The notes under the pieces: generated by a model
Told to the model about the DNA's origin: nothing
Databases searched by the model: none
What the model saw: the letters and a program-made list of their open reading frames with translations, nothing else
Made by a program: the position numbers and the translations under genes
Source: Lama glama
Lineage: Eukaryota
Direction of reading: 5' to 3'
DNA: 64,000 nucleotides
Assembly: GCA_028534125.1 (NCBI GenBank)
Contig: CM052817.1
Coordinates: 22,074,001-22,138,000 of the forward strand
Part shown: positions 50,501 to 63,990 of the stretch, one piece after another
Position numbering within the stretch: position 1 is the first letter of the stretch
How the letters are laid out: every line of letters begins with the position of its first letter

Positions 50501-53500
50501 GTGGAGAAGGATGCTATACCAGTCTCTAGCACTTTAGTCATTTATGTGTAGTATATATATGTGTATTTACATATCTGTGTAAATATATATATCATGTATA
50601 CATAAATATATGCATATTAGATGTATAAGGCAAGATGAGCTTCTCAATCTCAAGGTCATAATTCATAATTCAGTGGGTTGCAGACACACACAGATACAGT
50701 GTAAAAACAAAAATCCAATACTACAGTTTTATGTGCAAACTACTAGAGACAAATAGAAAATGAGGTGCCTAACTCAAGCTGGTTCGACAATTTGTCTCAC
50801 AGATGTCCTTATATTAGAACCATGTAGACAAGACAGAAAGATAAATACACTTCTACATGTTTGGTACATTTCTTATGACTCCTCAGGAATTTCCTTTTCT
50901 TCAGTTTACTATCCTATTCCTTTAGTTATTCCCCACTTGGGGCAATTTTAAGTCCTCTTACAAATCTTATCAGTTCCCTCTGAATATGTTGATTTGCTTA
51001 CATTACTTTCAATTATTGTCCTTATAATGGAATGCAATATTTGTGTAATTCTAGTGAACAGAAGAAATGACCATAAACCATCTTCTGTGTACCACTGTTC
51101 TATTACCGCACCCGAAGTAAGCAACACGTGCTGAATCTGATAGATAATTAAGCCCCACCAAAAATCAGGATATTGTGAGCTTAATTCATATGATGTGGAA
51201 ATGAATACAGTACAGAAAAATGTATGTCAGATCTGGATCCTTCTCGTCCAAGTGAACTGGAGTGAGAAAAACCCAAACTTGATATTAAGATAAAAACTAA
51301 CACAATGTTTTAAAACAGCAATCTACAAATTCTACTAGTAGACTTTGAATGAATTAAAGTTCGCACTGGGTACACACAGGGAAAATTTCAAACTTGACAA
51401 GTTTGTAGAGTTTCAGAATCTTGTTGACTACAGTATAGATTTCAAATATAAAATGTATTTCTATTTATATATAATACAACCAAGAGGATGTATCAATCTG
51501 TACATGATAAGTATTTTTACCTTAACACAAATAAGACTCCCTTTCAAATTATCCCAGGGGTTCACTACTCAGGGTGCTTTCTAAGTTTTAGAAAGAGGTT
51601 CTCTGTGGCTTTGTCTACAGATGCCACCTCAAGCCATTAAGGCAACTTTTCTGTTCCCAGTACCTTCATGAGAGCATCACTCCACTGTACACAGTCATCT
51701 CCGCATCTCCACCACCTGATGGTGGTTCTCTTCTAGACTCAAGTAAGGAACCCTGGATCTCCCCCACTACCCCATTAAAGCTTCAGGCATGTTTATGCTC
51801 ATTTTTATACAACTGAAAAAAATCTGGGATTAAATAAAAAGAAAAAAGTTGACCTGACTATGTGTTCAGAGATAATGGAAGAAAGTAACAACAAAAGTAG
51901 TTTGAGGTAGTAAATGTATTTGGGCAAGTCCAGACACATCCTCAATGTAACTCGGGAAGCCTCCAGGCTTGCCAGCTGGCACACCTCCACCCTGCAGGGA
52001 CTAGAGCTGTCTCTACACAGTATAGGAAGCAGTGCTCTGAGTTAATAAAACTTTACAATCTCCAAGAAACCGCTGCATATATTTTCCCTTCCTTCTACCT
52101 CGATGATTGATTCCTAACACCGCATTCCTTTTTCTAGACTGCTTTCCAGGAGAATTGGCAGTGATGCCCACTGCTATCATGGAAAACCCTATTCTTGGCA
52201 GCTTATACTCTGAATTTGCTTGTCTTTTTCAATTCAATTCACATACTGTACGGGTTACTCGGTAACATTTTTTTTTTTAAATGTGAGTAAAATATGTCAT
52301 ACTTCCAGTAATTTAGTGTATAAACATTGAGAGATAGTTTTAGCTTTTAGAACTATCTAGAGTATTGTATCTTAAAATTTCTGAAGAATTTGCTTTGAGA
52401 TTAAATTATTATCCACACATCTTTTATCACATGTAGAAGACTACAATACATAGCATTTTAATAATTTAACACCATAGGAAATGTATTAAGACAAAATCTG
52501 TCTTAACTTAAATAACATCTTAGATAAACCTGTGGGTTGGCTAATGTTTTAATATTCCTACCAATATATTAATTTTTTTAACCCAGCAGTTTGAAAATTT
52601 TCTAAAAAATAGATTTCTGCAAGGCATATTAACGTTGCTTTGACAATATCTTTATGGAAAAGATCTGTGCTGAAGCAATTTATAGCATTTATAAAGAATG
52701 GTTGTATTATAAAAACGCATATAATATACCTTGATAAATTCTATTTTTGAAATTTAAAATATCAGCAAAAATACTTCTGTATAGAATATTTTATGACAAA
52801 CCCCAAATAATTCTATCTAACTAGATGACAAGTTTTAAAATGTTAGTAATTAAAGACTACCTTGAAAGTCATATATTTTCAAGCTTAAGACTATGTTTGA
52901 GCATGCAAGATAGCATTCACAGGTCTTCTCAGTGCCACCTGCATTTCATTACTCACTTTTATCATGGAAGGTAAAGGTCAATCTTGTTGACACAAAATGT
53001 GTAAAACACAGGTTATTCAGACAATAAGATTTGCCACATTTATTGCAGAGTTCTCCAAATTATTTTTGCTATTAAAATTAGAAAATAAGATGTTGAAACA
53101 TTTATATAACAAATTCAAATGGTCGTACTGGAATGAGAAGATGCGTGCAGTAGTTATTCAGTTAACTAGATTCTGAGCTAATATCAGGGAATATGAGCTC
53201 CATTTTCGTAACTTTCATTTCACATTTCGGTCAGCAGAAATGAAATGAATTTGTTCTTGTGCCCACATATTTAAGTGAAGAAAATTATTTTGTAGGAAAT
53301 AACTGTATCTATGGCTGATGTCTATGCATTGCTTTTTCAGCCTTAATGAATGTCAGGTACACTCTAGTAGGGCAGGACAGAGGGTGATGAATAATTAGGG
53401 GTTTTAATGTGACCTATAAACTTAGCATTTCTCAGCTGAGTAGGGTTCTTACAAAAATCAGATCAGCCTTTAGAAGTCTGTGCAATAACAATCTTATTTA

Positions 53501-53702
53501 ACACCATTTTAACCTTCACTGGATGCCCCAAGACATGATTGCTTTTGCATTCTTATGACAGTTCCTCTTCCAATGATGTCAAATGTTTATTGTTTGTTTA
53601 AAACAGGGAAGAAAGTTTCCATTCACTAACCGTTGCAAAACTAAATACAAGTTAAAGAATGATTAAATTCACAAAGGTACTTTTAATAGAAATATTAGTT
53701 AT

Positions 53703-53920
53703 TAACAGATTCACATTACTATATATAAAATAGATAAACAACAAAAACCTATTGTGTAGCACAGGGAACTTTATTCAGTTGCTTGCAATGAGCCATAATA
53801 GAAAAGAAACTGAAAAAATATATATGTATGTATGTATATGTATAAATGAATTGCTTTGCTGTACAGCCAAAACTAACATTGTAAATCAACTACGCTTCAA
53901 TTTAAAAAAGGAAAAAAGAA
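53703..53920 (+). mobile_element. 5'-truncated L1 3' UTR (older cetartiodactyl type)
   Basis: tatataaaatagataaacaacaa..cctattgtgtagcacagggaact...aacattgtaaatcaactacgcttcaat plus A tail. TSD aaatattagttat / aaaaattagttat. Confidence 0.9.
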
Positions 53921-54119
53921 AAAAATTAGTTATGAAAACTACAAAGCAAGACTAAAAAGTGAAATATAAAAATGTAATTGTAATGCAGTATGCGCAACGG
54001 CTGTTTACAATTTCTGACGAATTCGAACTCAGCTGTTAAGCTTTCCCTCTTCACAGGAGTTTGATTTCTAAAAACAACATTGCCTACTGTAAAGGTAAGG
54101 AGAATGATCTCTCTCAGAT

Positions 54120-54332
54120 ATCCAGCATGTGCTGGAAATGCCATTATGTATTTTGCATGTATTATCTTGATTAGTATTTAAGTCAAATTTAATTCTTTAA
54201 GGGGAGCATAATTATTAGATATTTAGTTTAGAGGTGAGAATACAAAACCTCAAAAAGTAGATGAAACTAGTAACTGGAGGAGCCAATATTCAAGTCTAAA
54301 ACCATATGGCTCACAACTGGGGTTCTTTGTGA
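54120..54332 (-). mobile_element. MIR
   Basis: ttttgcatgtattatc...tttagaggtgagaatacaaaacctca...ggagccaatattcaagtcta. Confidence 0.65.
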
Positions 54333-55486
54333 TGTTTCATAATGTTTGTTCAAAATAACAAAAAAGTTTATTTGGCAAAATCAGTCTGACGGGTATCTTT
54401 CATATTTTATTACCAATCCTCAAAAAGACTCTGAAAGGCAAAATCTCTGAGCTTTATTTGACCTAATTCACCACAAAATTTCCAATAATTACGGAGAGAA
54501 ATAGATTTAGGAGGTCCTATAACTTCCAGGAAAAAAAAAAATATAAATCCACTCTCGGCAAATTCCAAGAGTAAATACAGATTTTTCAGAATAACCAGGC
54601 AGAAACAATATGGCTATGTCAAAGAGTATTTATCAACCTAAGAATACAGAAAAAATGTCAGTTCAGCCAGAATATATAATAGATATCAACAACATTCTGC
54701 AACATCATGGCACAAGCTAACTGCCTTCCAAAGCCTTGCCAGTAGGCAAATGTCATTGAGAAAGAATTTTAAAATCACATGAAAACTTCTAGAATTATAA
54801 CTCTTCCTCCTACTGTCCCACACATATCATGTATGTTGTTTCAGATATATAGTGGTGGCCACCTCATCTTGGGTAGAAACGGCTTCTTGATATGTGAGTT
54901 AAAACAGAAGAGGGAAAGATTGAGAGAGAGAGGAGGTGGGAGAAGAATACAATTTTTGGGATAGGATTCAGGATAAGTGTAATTAGAAAGAACACTACTC
55001 ATCCATTCATTCAATTATTCTCAGACACTGCAGGCTACAACGAAGTGATTCGGGTCCCTCCTGATCCTGATGCTGAGAAATAGAACAAGAGCCAAACATC
55101 CCTAGTACCTCCGGGAAGCAGACTAAGTAGCAATAGGGCTTTAGAAAGACCGTAGGCATCATCCAGTGAAAGAGAAATGCAGAAGACAGGTTAGGGATAA
55201 AACTGTAGGAAAAATATTTACTCTGGCCATACTAACCTGAGGTGTGACCTCTCTGCCATGATGCCATCACTCCTGTTTTGATAGAGTGACATTTGGTGTC
55301 CTCCTGTTGATCTTCCGACTCATCAGAACCCCTGTTACCTCTCCATCTCCACCCACACTACGGCTCATTACCCTGTTCCTTACAATTACACCTGTAAATC
55401 AAGGGAATTTGATAAACATTTACTTCTGTAATTGAAATACTCATATTTCTTATGATCATTTAGTAATTCATCTAGTAGGCCAAATG

Positions 55487-56665
55487 TTTATTTTATTTGT
55501 AGTCAAGTTTACTGACATAAAATTTATATACAGTGAAATTCAATGTTATTAGGGTATATTTATGAATTTGGACAAATGAACACAATTATGTAACCACCAT
55601 CACAATCAAGATATAGAAGAGATTTATCATACGCAAGATACTTTCTCTTGTCCCTTTTAATCAATCCTTTTCAATTGTGATCAGTACCTTGCAACCTCTG
55701 ATCTGTTTTCTCTCTTTGTAATATTGCCTTTTCCAGAATATTACATGAGTGTCATAGAGTACGTATTCTTTTGAATATGGCTTTTTTTCATGCAACATAA
55801 TGTATTTGACATGCATCTGTACTATTGCAGGTATCAGTACATTTTTTTTCCTTTTATGAGTGAGAAGTATTGCATTTTATAAATATACCACAGTTAGTTT
55901 AATTACTCAATAAGTGAATGATGTTTAGATTGTTTCCAAATATCAGTTACCATATATAATGTGGCAATAAATATTTGTATAGAGGTTTTGGTGTGAGCGT
56001 AATTTTTTATTTATCTTGGCTAAATGCCCAGGACTAGGTTGGATTGGCTCTATGGAAAGTATATGTGTAACTTCATAAGAAAATGCCAAACTGTTTTTCA
56101 AAATGATTGACCATTTTGTGTTCCCTCCAACAATATATGAGAATTTCAGTTGATTAGCATCCTTTTTAGCTTTGGTATTACATATATTTTTTCTGATCAT
56201 CTGATAGGTATGCATCTGATTTTGGTTTGAATATTTATTTCTCTAATGATTAATCATTTAGTTTAGAGGAAAGTATGTTTTCAAGTTCTTCCCATCTGTA
56301 TATATTTTTTGTGAAGATGTCAGACTATAGATAATTTGAATAATCCAAGGTTGAAAGCTATTTTCATATGTTTCCCTCAAGAAGTTGCATAGTTTTAGAT
56401 TGTTTATTTGAACCAACAATTCATCTGAGTTTATGTGAGGTATGAATTCAGGGTTTTTTTTTCTGCATATGGATGTCCAATTTTTTCAGCACCAATTGTT
56501 GAAAAGGCTAGTCTTCCTCCAATATTGTTGATATTCAGTTAACCACATATTTGTGTGGGTCCACTTTTGGCTTTTTTTCCTATCCCATGGACTTAATGTC
56601 TGTCTCTTTCCTAGCACCACAATATCTTGTTTACTGTAACTTTAAAGTAAGTCTTGAAATCAGTG
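55487..56665 (-). mobile_element. L1MB-like 3' portion
   Basis: gtaaccaccatcacaatcaagatatag; ttgccttttccagaat; gaaaatgccaaactgtttttcaaaatg; gcatatggatgtccaattttttcagcaccaattgttgaaaag. Confidence 0.9.
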
Positions 56666-56699
56666 TGCATTCTGAAATTTTGCTCTATACATTTCAAGC

Positions 56700-57135
56700 C
56701 AAAGAATCATTTAAAAAAAATCCAGGCACATTATAATCCTATTGCTAAGAAACTAGTGAAAAGAAAAAAAAAATCTAAAATACAGCCCCCAGAAAACACA
56801 CATAATGTATAGAGGAATAGAGATATGTATGAATGACAGCCCACTTCCCATCAGAAACTATTAAATCCAGAAGCCCATAGGACAAAATCTTTTACAGGCT
56901 GGGAGAGACTTTTTGTTTTTCACATAAACAAGAGTTAAGAGAATTTGTCATCAGTAGACATATTACAGGGAATTATAAAATGTTTCTTTAGGAAGATAGA
57001 AGGTGATACTGAATAGAAATCTCAGCCTACGTAAGAGAAGGCTGACCACTTGAAATGGCAAATATTTGAGTGAATAGAAAATATATCTAATCATTTATTT
57101 AAGCCCTTTATAAAAATGTAACTGACTATTTAACT
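56700..57135 (+). mobile_element. Ancient L1 ORF1 3' fragment
   Basis: gaatgacagcccacttcccatcagaaacta...agagaatttgtcatcagtagac. Confidence 0.7.
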
Positions 57136-57159
57136 ATACACACATACATATATATACAC

Positions 57160-57352
57160 ACATGTAGTATGTGCCAGGCAATGTGGTTGGTATTCTCATT
57201 TTTATTCTTCTGTTTGATCTCACAACAATTCTGTTAAGTCTTTTCCACATGAGGAAACAGGGATGAGGATAGGTGTCACACAAATGGTAAGTATAGAATC
57301 TTGATTCAAACTAAGACCTTTTGAATCCAAAGCCACTCTCTCCACCATGTTG
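57160..57352 (-). mobile_element. MIR
   Basis: tatgtgccaggca...ctcacaacaattctg...atgaggaaacag...gtcacacaaatggtaagt...gattcaaac. Confidence 0.8.
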
Positions 57353-57624
57353 CTGGAAACTTCTTCTGGCCTTTGGGCTACCCAGCTGCCTGAGTTGGGC
57401 CAACTCACTACCTTCCCCCTAACAGGGACAAACATCTCTTCCATTTCTGGAACCAGCCTCTAAAACAACACAGTGATGTTTATCTAGATTCTATCAGATG
57501 CACTGAGTTCATAATTCATTTCATGAGAGAAAGACTACAGTCAATTAACAACTTGGCTTGGATGTTGAAGTTTGCCATCCAGCTTTCTTTGTGTGTATCT
57601 GTGTGTGGGCAACTGACACTTATA

Positions 57625-57822
57625 GTCAAAAACAACCTTCACCAAGATCTCATGCCTTATACAAATATTAGTTCACAATGGATCACAGAATTAAATGTAT
57701 AATTATAAAAACTGAAGAAAAATAGGAGAAAATCTCTACAATGTGGGGCTAGGAAAAGACATTTTACACTTGACACCAAAAGCATTACTTAGTGAAATTG
57801 CTAAGTTGGACATCATCAAACA
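57625..57822 (+). mobile_element. L1 ORF2 fragment
   Basis: atctcatgccttatacaaatattagttcacaatggatcacag...gaaaaataggagaaaatct...tgacaccaaaagca. Confidence 0.8.
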
Positions 57823-59029
57823 TACACACACACATATATATTAAAGGCAAAATAGCATCAACATTTTAAATAATAAAATACTTGGGAGATATGATAACGT
57901 ATTTTTACTGCAGTATTTTGATACAATGAGAACATATTTTACACCTTTTAACAGTAACCTCTTTTTTATCGCAGTGTGATAAAAGGCCTTATAATTATCT
58001 ATAATTGTTTTAATGAATTTTAACTAAATTCAATATGCATGTCATTACGTTTTTAAAAATCTGCAATTTTTCTAGGCAGTTAATAAGCAAATGTCATTAA
58101 ATCATTAGAGGTTTGCACATATTGAACCTAATAGAGCATCAATTTTAACCTAATAAACTATTTTGAAAACCAATACTGTATGTCTAAAAATACATGGAAA
58201 GTTATTCAAGACATATTTTCTAAGTATAGAAATACTCAGAAGCTGAATAATCAGCAAAGCATTACAAGTATTTAAAATCATGTGGTTGCATATGAATATC
58301 CATTCAGGGTTAACAAAGCTTGAGAACAGAAAAAGTCAAAAGAACATCAAATACATCAAAGCTTGGATTATTTTATGAATATGAATATGTGATTCCCAGG
58401 TGTAATGTTTTTAGCATTTGAGTTCTGTATTTAATCTAGATGAGTCTTATTTGAAATCAGAACCAGCCTTTCAGAATACTAAATATCAATTCCCCATGTC
58501 TCAAGCATGTCAGTAAATTGCTTAGACAATACGTATAATTGAATTTAATTTGATTACTAAGTCGACTTTAAATAATTCTAAGAAAAATAAAACGAAGAAA
58601 GATGAAAAAAAGGCAAATATACATAAAGTTGAAGAAAATAATGAGTATCCTCACTCTGTTTCCCATGCACTACCTCTGCATCACTGCACTTGTGGCAGCA
58701 CTGGTTCCTAGGCTTTGCACACTCTTTCACTTTCAAAGGTATGGAGTCACTAGAAATCTGGTGGATAAGAGAGGAATGGAAGGAACATTCAGGGAGAGAA
58801 AAGAGCGTGAGTGAAGTGTCAGAAATGAGAAAGCCCAGAGTTTCAAGAAGTCATGAATAGTCGGGCTTAACATGAACATAATGTGCAAGAAAGGCAATCC
58901 AAATCCTTTCTACTCTCATCATCTCTCACAAATAGGGCCTGCAAACAGTTCCCAGAGCACATCTAATTTCTATGACTACCCTTTTTTGTGGCAGAAATTG
59001 TCCCCAATTCCTATACCACACTATTGAAT

Positions 59030-59530
59030 AAACATTCACATTGAGATTTAATGTAAGCAGTTATTACATGCATCTGGGACTCGGACATAAAAACCTGGGT
59101 TACAAAGGTATAAACAGTATTTAAATTCAAAGGATTTTAATAAGATAGTTTGGTTCCTATAAGATAGAGAAAAGTTTACAATTAACCCCTGTGCTTTACA
59201 ACATAGTTAAGTGAGAGGCCAAGTCTGCAAGTGGTATTTGAAAGGACATGTAATGGTGTAGAAGAGTATGTAATCTTAAAGGACTAGTTATGAAATGAGT
59301 CAAGAAGAAATCAAATGTGTTAACTGCTGATAGTTTAAGTAAGATTAGAGCTGAGAATAAGGCATTGGGTTCAGCAAGAGATCTTACTAAGATGGGATCA
59401 GTGGACCAATAGGCATGTAGATATGTCTGCAGAGTGATAAATAAAATAACTAGATATGAATACATGGAGAAAGTTAATTTAGACAATTGTCACAAGTTGT
59501 GTTTTTTAAGGAGGAGCGGAGATTTGGAAA
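59030..59530 (-). mobile_element. L2 fragment
   Basis: actgctgatagtttaagtaagattagagctgagaataaggcattgggttcagca. Confidence 0.65.
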
Positions 59531-61707
59531 TAAAGGTGTGGTCTGGACATTTGGCACAGTCTCACCGTGCTTTGTATGAAAATTAAAAAGATAAGGATGC
59601 TTATTATGTGCATTTACAAGAGTTTACAAAATTTAGTAAATAGTAAATTACAGATTTCAAAAATCTGCTTTATTTAGTTGATAGTCTGTGATGGTTTCCT
59701 CAGAGCTGTTATATACTATTATGTAAATACCTGATCACTGACACCCTGCATTGCTACTCTAGCCTACGTAAAGATTCCAGTGGAGTCATCACGGATTGTT
59801 GTGTAAATGCCTAATTGCAAGCATTTAAGATGGTTATGATTTACTTGATAGTTTGTAATAGATTTTTCAAAGTAGGTATATAGCAGAACTATTCATGTCC
59901 TTTAGTGTTCAAGACCTAACTTAAAAAAGAATATCTGATTCTATTTATGTATGTGTGTATAATACAGATCAACATTATCATAGAAATATTTTGAGTTTTA
60001 AGGATGCAATATTTCATCAATTGAAACTTGATGCCCTTTTGAAGTCACACAGATGTGGAAATAATTGATTCTCCTAGCTACTAGCTAGTTTTAGCTTTTT
60101 AACTTCATTCTACATTGCTTACTTAAATTGGAAAATTTCCACCATGGAAATGTTCTTATTTCTTTGCTTCTTCTTGTACATGCATCTTACTGCCTTCTGA
60201 GTAGAGAAGATCATGAATAAGTTCACTTAATTCTATAAATCTGCTTAAGTTGTTATGAAGAGCTTTCAAGATTAGGTCCCTCTGTACCATCCCACCATTA
60301 TCATACTTGGTATATGTTCCAATAGATTAAACTATAATTTTTTTCTAAAGTAACAAATTCCATGGTAAGATTTGTGCCTGTATCTATGCACTATTTAATA
60401 TAACAACAATTTCAGTGAAGACTACCTGGGTGCAAACTGAGGCAGCAGATAGCAGTATAAAATATCATGGCCAGGATAAAACTTATTGACAAGGTCTGAC
60501 AAAACTTGAAAGAGGTAAGAAATTTAGCAATGTAGACATCAGATATCATGAGGGTATTATTCCAGGAAGAAAAACTGGCATTTAGTGCAAAGGCCCTAAG
60601 GTAGAAGCATTCTGTATGCTCAACAAAGGCCAAGGAGGCCAGTGGGACTGAATTAGAGTAAGTAAGTGGAGGTGTATAGCAGGAGGTCAGCTCAGAGAAG
60701 TAAGGATGTAAAGTACACCTTGGGCACTTTTTTGGCTGTTCTAGCTTTTGCTCTGACAGAAGAGGGAAGACATTACAGAATTTGAGACCCAGGGTTCTGT
60801 GCTGTTGAGAGTAAAGTGTAGGGACAAAAAAGTGGAGATGGAAAAGACAGTTGTTAAACTTGATGAACCAAACAACGGTGATAAAGGACTGAGACATGGT
60901 ATTCTATCAAATTGGATATAGAATGTGAGAGAAAAAAGAAGATATAAGGTCAATTTAAGATAATTGCCCTGAGCAGGGGATTGGTTAGATTTGTGATCAA
61001 CAGGCCAGGAAGGAAGACCCACCTTGGGGGAGGGAGATGGAAGATCAGTTCAGATTTGTACATGTTGAAGATGAGATAACTGCTCAAAATTCATGTAGGA
61101 AATTATTTAAATGAAGCTGGAATTTAGAGGAGAGAGCTGAAGAGAGCTTTAAGATATGAGTTATAGACATAGAGATGGCATTTGAAGCCAGTGGACTAAA
61201 TATAATAATCATCAAATTGAGAAGAGTATATGTAGAAGTGTACAAAGTCTAGAACCTTAGTTCTTGAACACTCCAATATTAGGATGGTGGGAGAAATAGA
61301 AACAGCCAGAAATGATGTCAAGAAATAACCAGAGAGATAATAAAGAAAATGAGGAGATGATTTTTTTCAAACTCAAAGAAGATATATAAAAATTAACTGT
61401 CAAATTCTGCAGACAGATCATACAAGACAAAAATTGAAGTGTGGACCATTGGATTTAGCAATATGTAAGCCAGCACCTACCTCAACAAGAGTAATGGGAG
61501 TGAAAGCCTGATTGGACTGTGTTTTGGAGTGAATGGGAGGAGAGGAATTGAAAACAGCAAGAACAGACAATTTTTTAGGAGAATTTGTTGTTGTTGACGC
61601 TAAGAACATAGAAGTTGGGTGGTAGCTAGTGGGGTAAAATGAGTCTACGTAAACATTTTGCTCACATGCTTGTTTTTAAATGTGCTGATAATAGCATATT
61701 TGTGTTC

Positions 61708-62319
61708 TCTAGTAGTTTCCCATTGCTCTGTTCAAATTGCTACAAACGTAGTGGCCTAAAAGAACATAAACTTACTCTCTTGTCAGACATTGAAATAAGT
61801 CTTACAGAATTAAAACCAAGGTGCTGTCAGGATTGGTCCTTTCTGAAGTCTCTAAGGGAGAATCTGTTTGCTCATTTTTTCCAGTTTTTAAGAGCAGCCC
61901 CCTTTGCATTCCTTGGTTCTTGGTCTTTTCTTCCATCTGCATAACCTGCAGCCTAGCATCGTCAAATGTCTCTCTGCTTTCATCACCTCAGCTCCTTCTC
62001 TCCTTCTCAACTCTTGCCTCCCTCTTATAAGGACCCCTGGGATTACACTGGGCCCACCTGAAAACTCCAAGATATTTCCTCATTTCAAGGTCCTTAACTT
62101 GAGACTTGGAAACCATCTTGTAGATGCTTGAAATACCAAAGAAATGTTCAAAATTTGTGTGACAATAAATAATAATCTGACACTTAGACTGAAAAAAGGG
62201 AAAAAAAAGATCTTTAACTTATTACATCTACAAAATCTTTTGCCATCTAAGGTACATATTCACAGTTTCTGGAGATTAAGACTTAGATATCTTGCATGGC
62301 CATTACTCAGCCTACCCCA
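61708..62319 (-). mobile_element. MLT1C/D-like MaLR solo LTR containing a retroposed insert
   Basis: ctacaaacgtagtggcctaaaag...ctaagggagaatctgttt...cttataaggacccctgggattacactgggcccacctg...cattttgccatctaagg-like end, cctacccca. Confidence 0.9.
62101..62206 (+). pseudogene. Putative 5'-truncated retrocopy or orphan transduction, source unknown
   Basis: Non-LTR sequence with AATAAA (62164-62169), A-rich tail from 62192, and 14-bp TSD aaggtccttaactt / aagatctttaactt. Confidence 0.65.
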
Positions 62320-63956
62320 TACACTGATAAAAGTGATTCAGTAGGGAGGACAATTCTTGGTAAAGGAAAACAAAAAGAGAATCTGGGGGGCATGTCTGGA
62401 GTTGGCTAGAGGCTGTGGTATGTAGTACCCAAGTGACATGTTTGGCATTAAACAGAAATCGGAATAGTTCATCGATAATAATAGGTGAGAAGGTAGCTTA
62501 TATGCATATTGGTAGTGGTGGATAAATCGATATGGTGGAAATAAGTATATCTTCTTAGATTAGTAAGGCTTTATTGGTTACTAATCTGACTCTAACCTAG
62601 GTTGATGTGAACTAAACAATTTAGAAGCTATCTTACCAGCACTTTTCAAACAGTTCCATTGACATGTTAAGAATAAACTGGTTGAGTATCAGGTAACAAA
62701 TAACAGGCAAGATAAAAATTTAGGTAATTGATGTGACACCAAGAAATGTTGCTTGGTACCCCTGCCCATTACAGCACCTGTTTTCTGGGTTCCCTTAGCA
62801 TTACCATTTTCTGTGCACTTAATATTAAACAGTGAATTCATCCATAACAGTGCAGAGAAGGCATCTCATTCAGCTAATAGCATAGATGAAATACTCAATA
62901 CATGAAACAAGTCAATCTGTCCTATTGGATATTTTGTTTTGTTTGGTTTGTTTAAGTGGTTACATGGGTTGCCTTTCCCTAACAGCATATGGATTTCTTT
63001 TTTGGAGAATTTTCTTCCCAATATTGTATGCAGTCTCGATGGAATAGAAAATGAAGTGGCTCTACCCTACCCTTTCAGAGGTCTAAAAGGATCTGGAGGC
63101 TACATTGGCCATAAATGTCTTCTCATCATCCTGGTACAAGATGCAGTAGAGCAATAGAAAGAATGTAAATCCAAGCTCAGCCAAATTAACTAGTCTTATA
63201 TCCTTCGTCTCCCTCCTCTGCCCCCAGGACAATGACTTTTTTAGCGCAGAGATTGAAGAGCAGGTAAAAACAAAAATAAAACAAGGGAGTCAGGTAGTGC
63301 ATGTTCTATATTCCAATCTGTTTTCAAGTTAGAGAACTATCCAATAAATTCTATATGCTTCCTAATATATTTCCAATACATTATGTTTTAATTAAAATTA
63401 GAGTTTAATTTTCTTTTGCTTGAGACCAAAGGACCCTAACTCATAGACTAATTTCAAGGGACTTCAGTCCTAGAGAAGTAGGACATATAATCAGACTATG
63501 TCTAAATGAACATCTCTATCAGTAGGGACTAGCAATCAGTCAAAATAGAATTTGAGCTGGACCCTGAGGCAATGTAGAATTGAATTCCTTTGAGTAGAGG
63601 TGGGTGAATATTACAGGTGTGGAAAACAAGGGACACACAGAGGGAATTCAGAATGGCAGCTTTGAGGGCTAAAGAGAAAACACTAGGTAAAGCAGAGGGC
63701 TCCCTTTGAGAAGTTGCCAAACCAATAGAATAAAAACTTGTTTAGAGTTTCAAAGTTGGCATTTGAATACCAAGAAAGACCGTAGCCAAAAACATGTCTA
63801 CCTATAAATCATTGGCTTGTTATAAACATAGGCAGTGATGCAGATCTTTAGGTTTGTAATAAAAAATAAAATTAGATATAAAATATATCCAAATACATCT
63901 AAATATATTGTCTCTGATGGTATTGTAGGTGTTTGTGTAGGAACAGGTTGTACATC

Positions 63957-63990
63957 AGAGAGGAAAAAGAGAAAGAGAGAGAGAGAGGGA
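63957..63990. repeat. GA-rich simple repeat
   Basis: agagaggaaaaagagaaagagagagagagaggga. Confidence 0.85.

Larger units (their letters stand above)
60440..62560 (-). mobile_element. Long L2a-like fragment interrupted by an MLT1 LTR
   Basis: tgcaaaggccctaaggtagaagca...caaggaggccagtggg; ccattggatttagcaa; gagtgaatgggaggagaggaattg. Resumes after about 62320. Confidence 0.88.

Noticed and set aside
60412..60897. Longest ORF (161 aa)
   Set aside because: Lies within a decayed L2 and has no recognisable domain or exon signals, so it is probably a chance open frame.
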